Below are positions 63,769-64,000 of a stretch of DNA of 64,000 bases, piece by piece. The stretch spans positions 2,176,001 to 2,240,000 of the forward strand of contig OY762964.1 of assembly GCA_963667035.1 (NCBI GenBank), written 5' to 3'. The stretch is from Candidatus Cloacimonadales bacterium. Its GTDB lineage: Bacteria; Cloacimonadota; Cloacimonadia; Cloacimonadales; JAFGVF01. The translations under genes were made by a program, and so were the position numbers. The stretch's first letter is position 1. Every line of letters begins with the position of its first letter. The notes beneath the pieces were generated by a model, which did no database searches, was not told the origin of the DNA, and saw only the letters and a program-made list of their open reading frames with translations.

Positions 63769-64000
63769 CCCATCTAAATAGTAATGAGATTATTTTCTAT
63801 GTAATTTAATGTTGCTCCCTACAATACAATTGTGCCCTAGCATTAGTATATCATTTAAACTATGATTTCATGAAATATCATATGTTACCTATTATACTCA
63901 TCCCATATATTTTGTAGTATAAAACTGTAAATCATTAATTGATGTATTCATTGTAAAAGCTACAAATTCTCTTTTACCTTTCGCTTCAATCTCCTGATTC

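Noticed and set aside
1..64000. tRNA/rRNA genes and selA/selB/selD/tRNA-Sec
   Set aside because: None recognised in the window, so any Sec machinery would have to be encoded elsewhere

Overview
AT-rich bacterial chromosome segment from an anaerobic diderm, plausibly Cloacimonadota. That assignment is an inference from the NYPNPFNP FlgD/T9SS-like C-terminus, the lysine-fermentation genes and the pgsBCW cluster. Housekeeping and metabolic blocks include tatD, an aroD-aroE fusion, an aroC-chorismate mutase fusion, miaA, mutL, gpsA, kdd-kamA, lepA, tldD/pmbA, a TolC/MFP/GldAFG-like exporter and poly-gamma-glutamate genes. Accessory DNA includes a tandem IS1182 array whose copies are separated by a triplicated 32-bp palindrome, a RADAR-like anti-phage pair with a single TAA in rdrA, an EcoRII-like restriction-modification system, IS3 elements, three related vWA (YfbK-like) loci and 11-bp-periodic intergenic repeats. 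The best novel candidate is a gene the ORF track truncates: 39508-40629 (-). It has an RBS, a signal peptide, an in-frame TGA at codon 21 and a bacterial SECIS-like hairpin whose GGUC loop lies 22 nt downstream, so it is a putative secreted selenoprotein of a family I do not recognise. Also notable is a winged-HTH regulator fused to a catalytically degenerate M29 aminopeptidase domain. No database searches were run; all family calls come from motif recognition.
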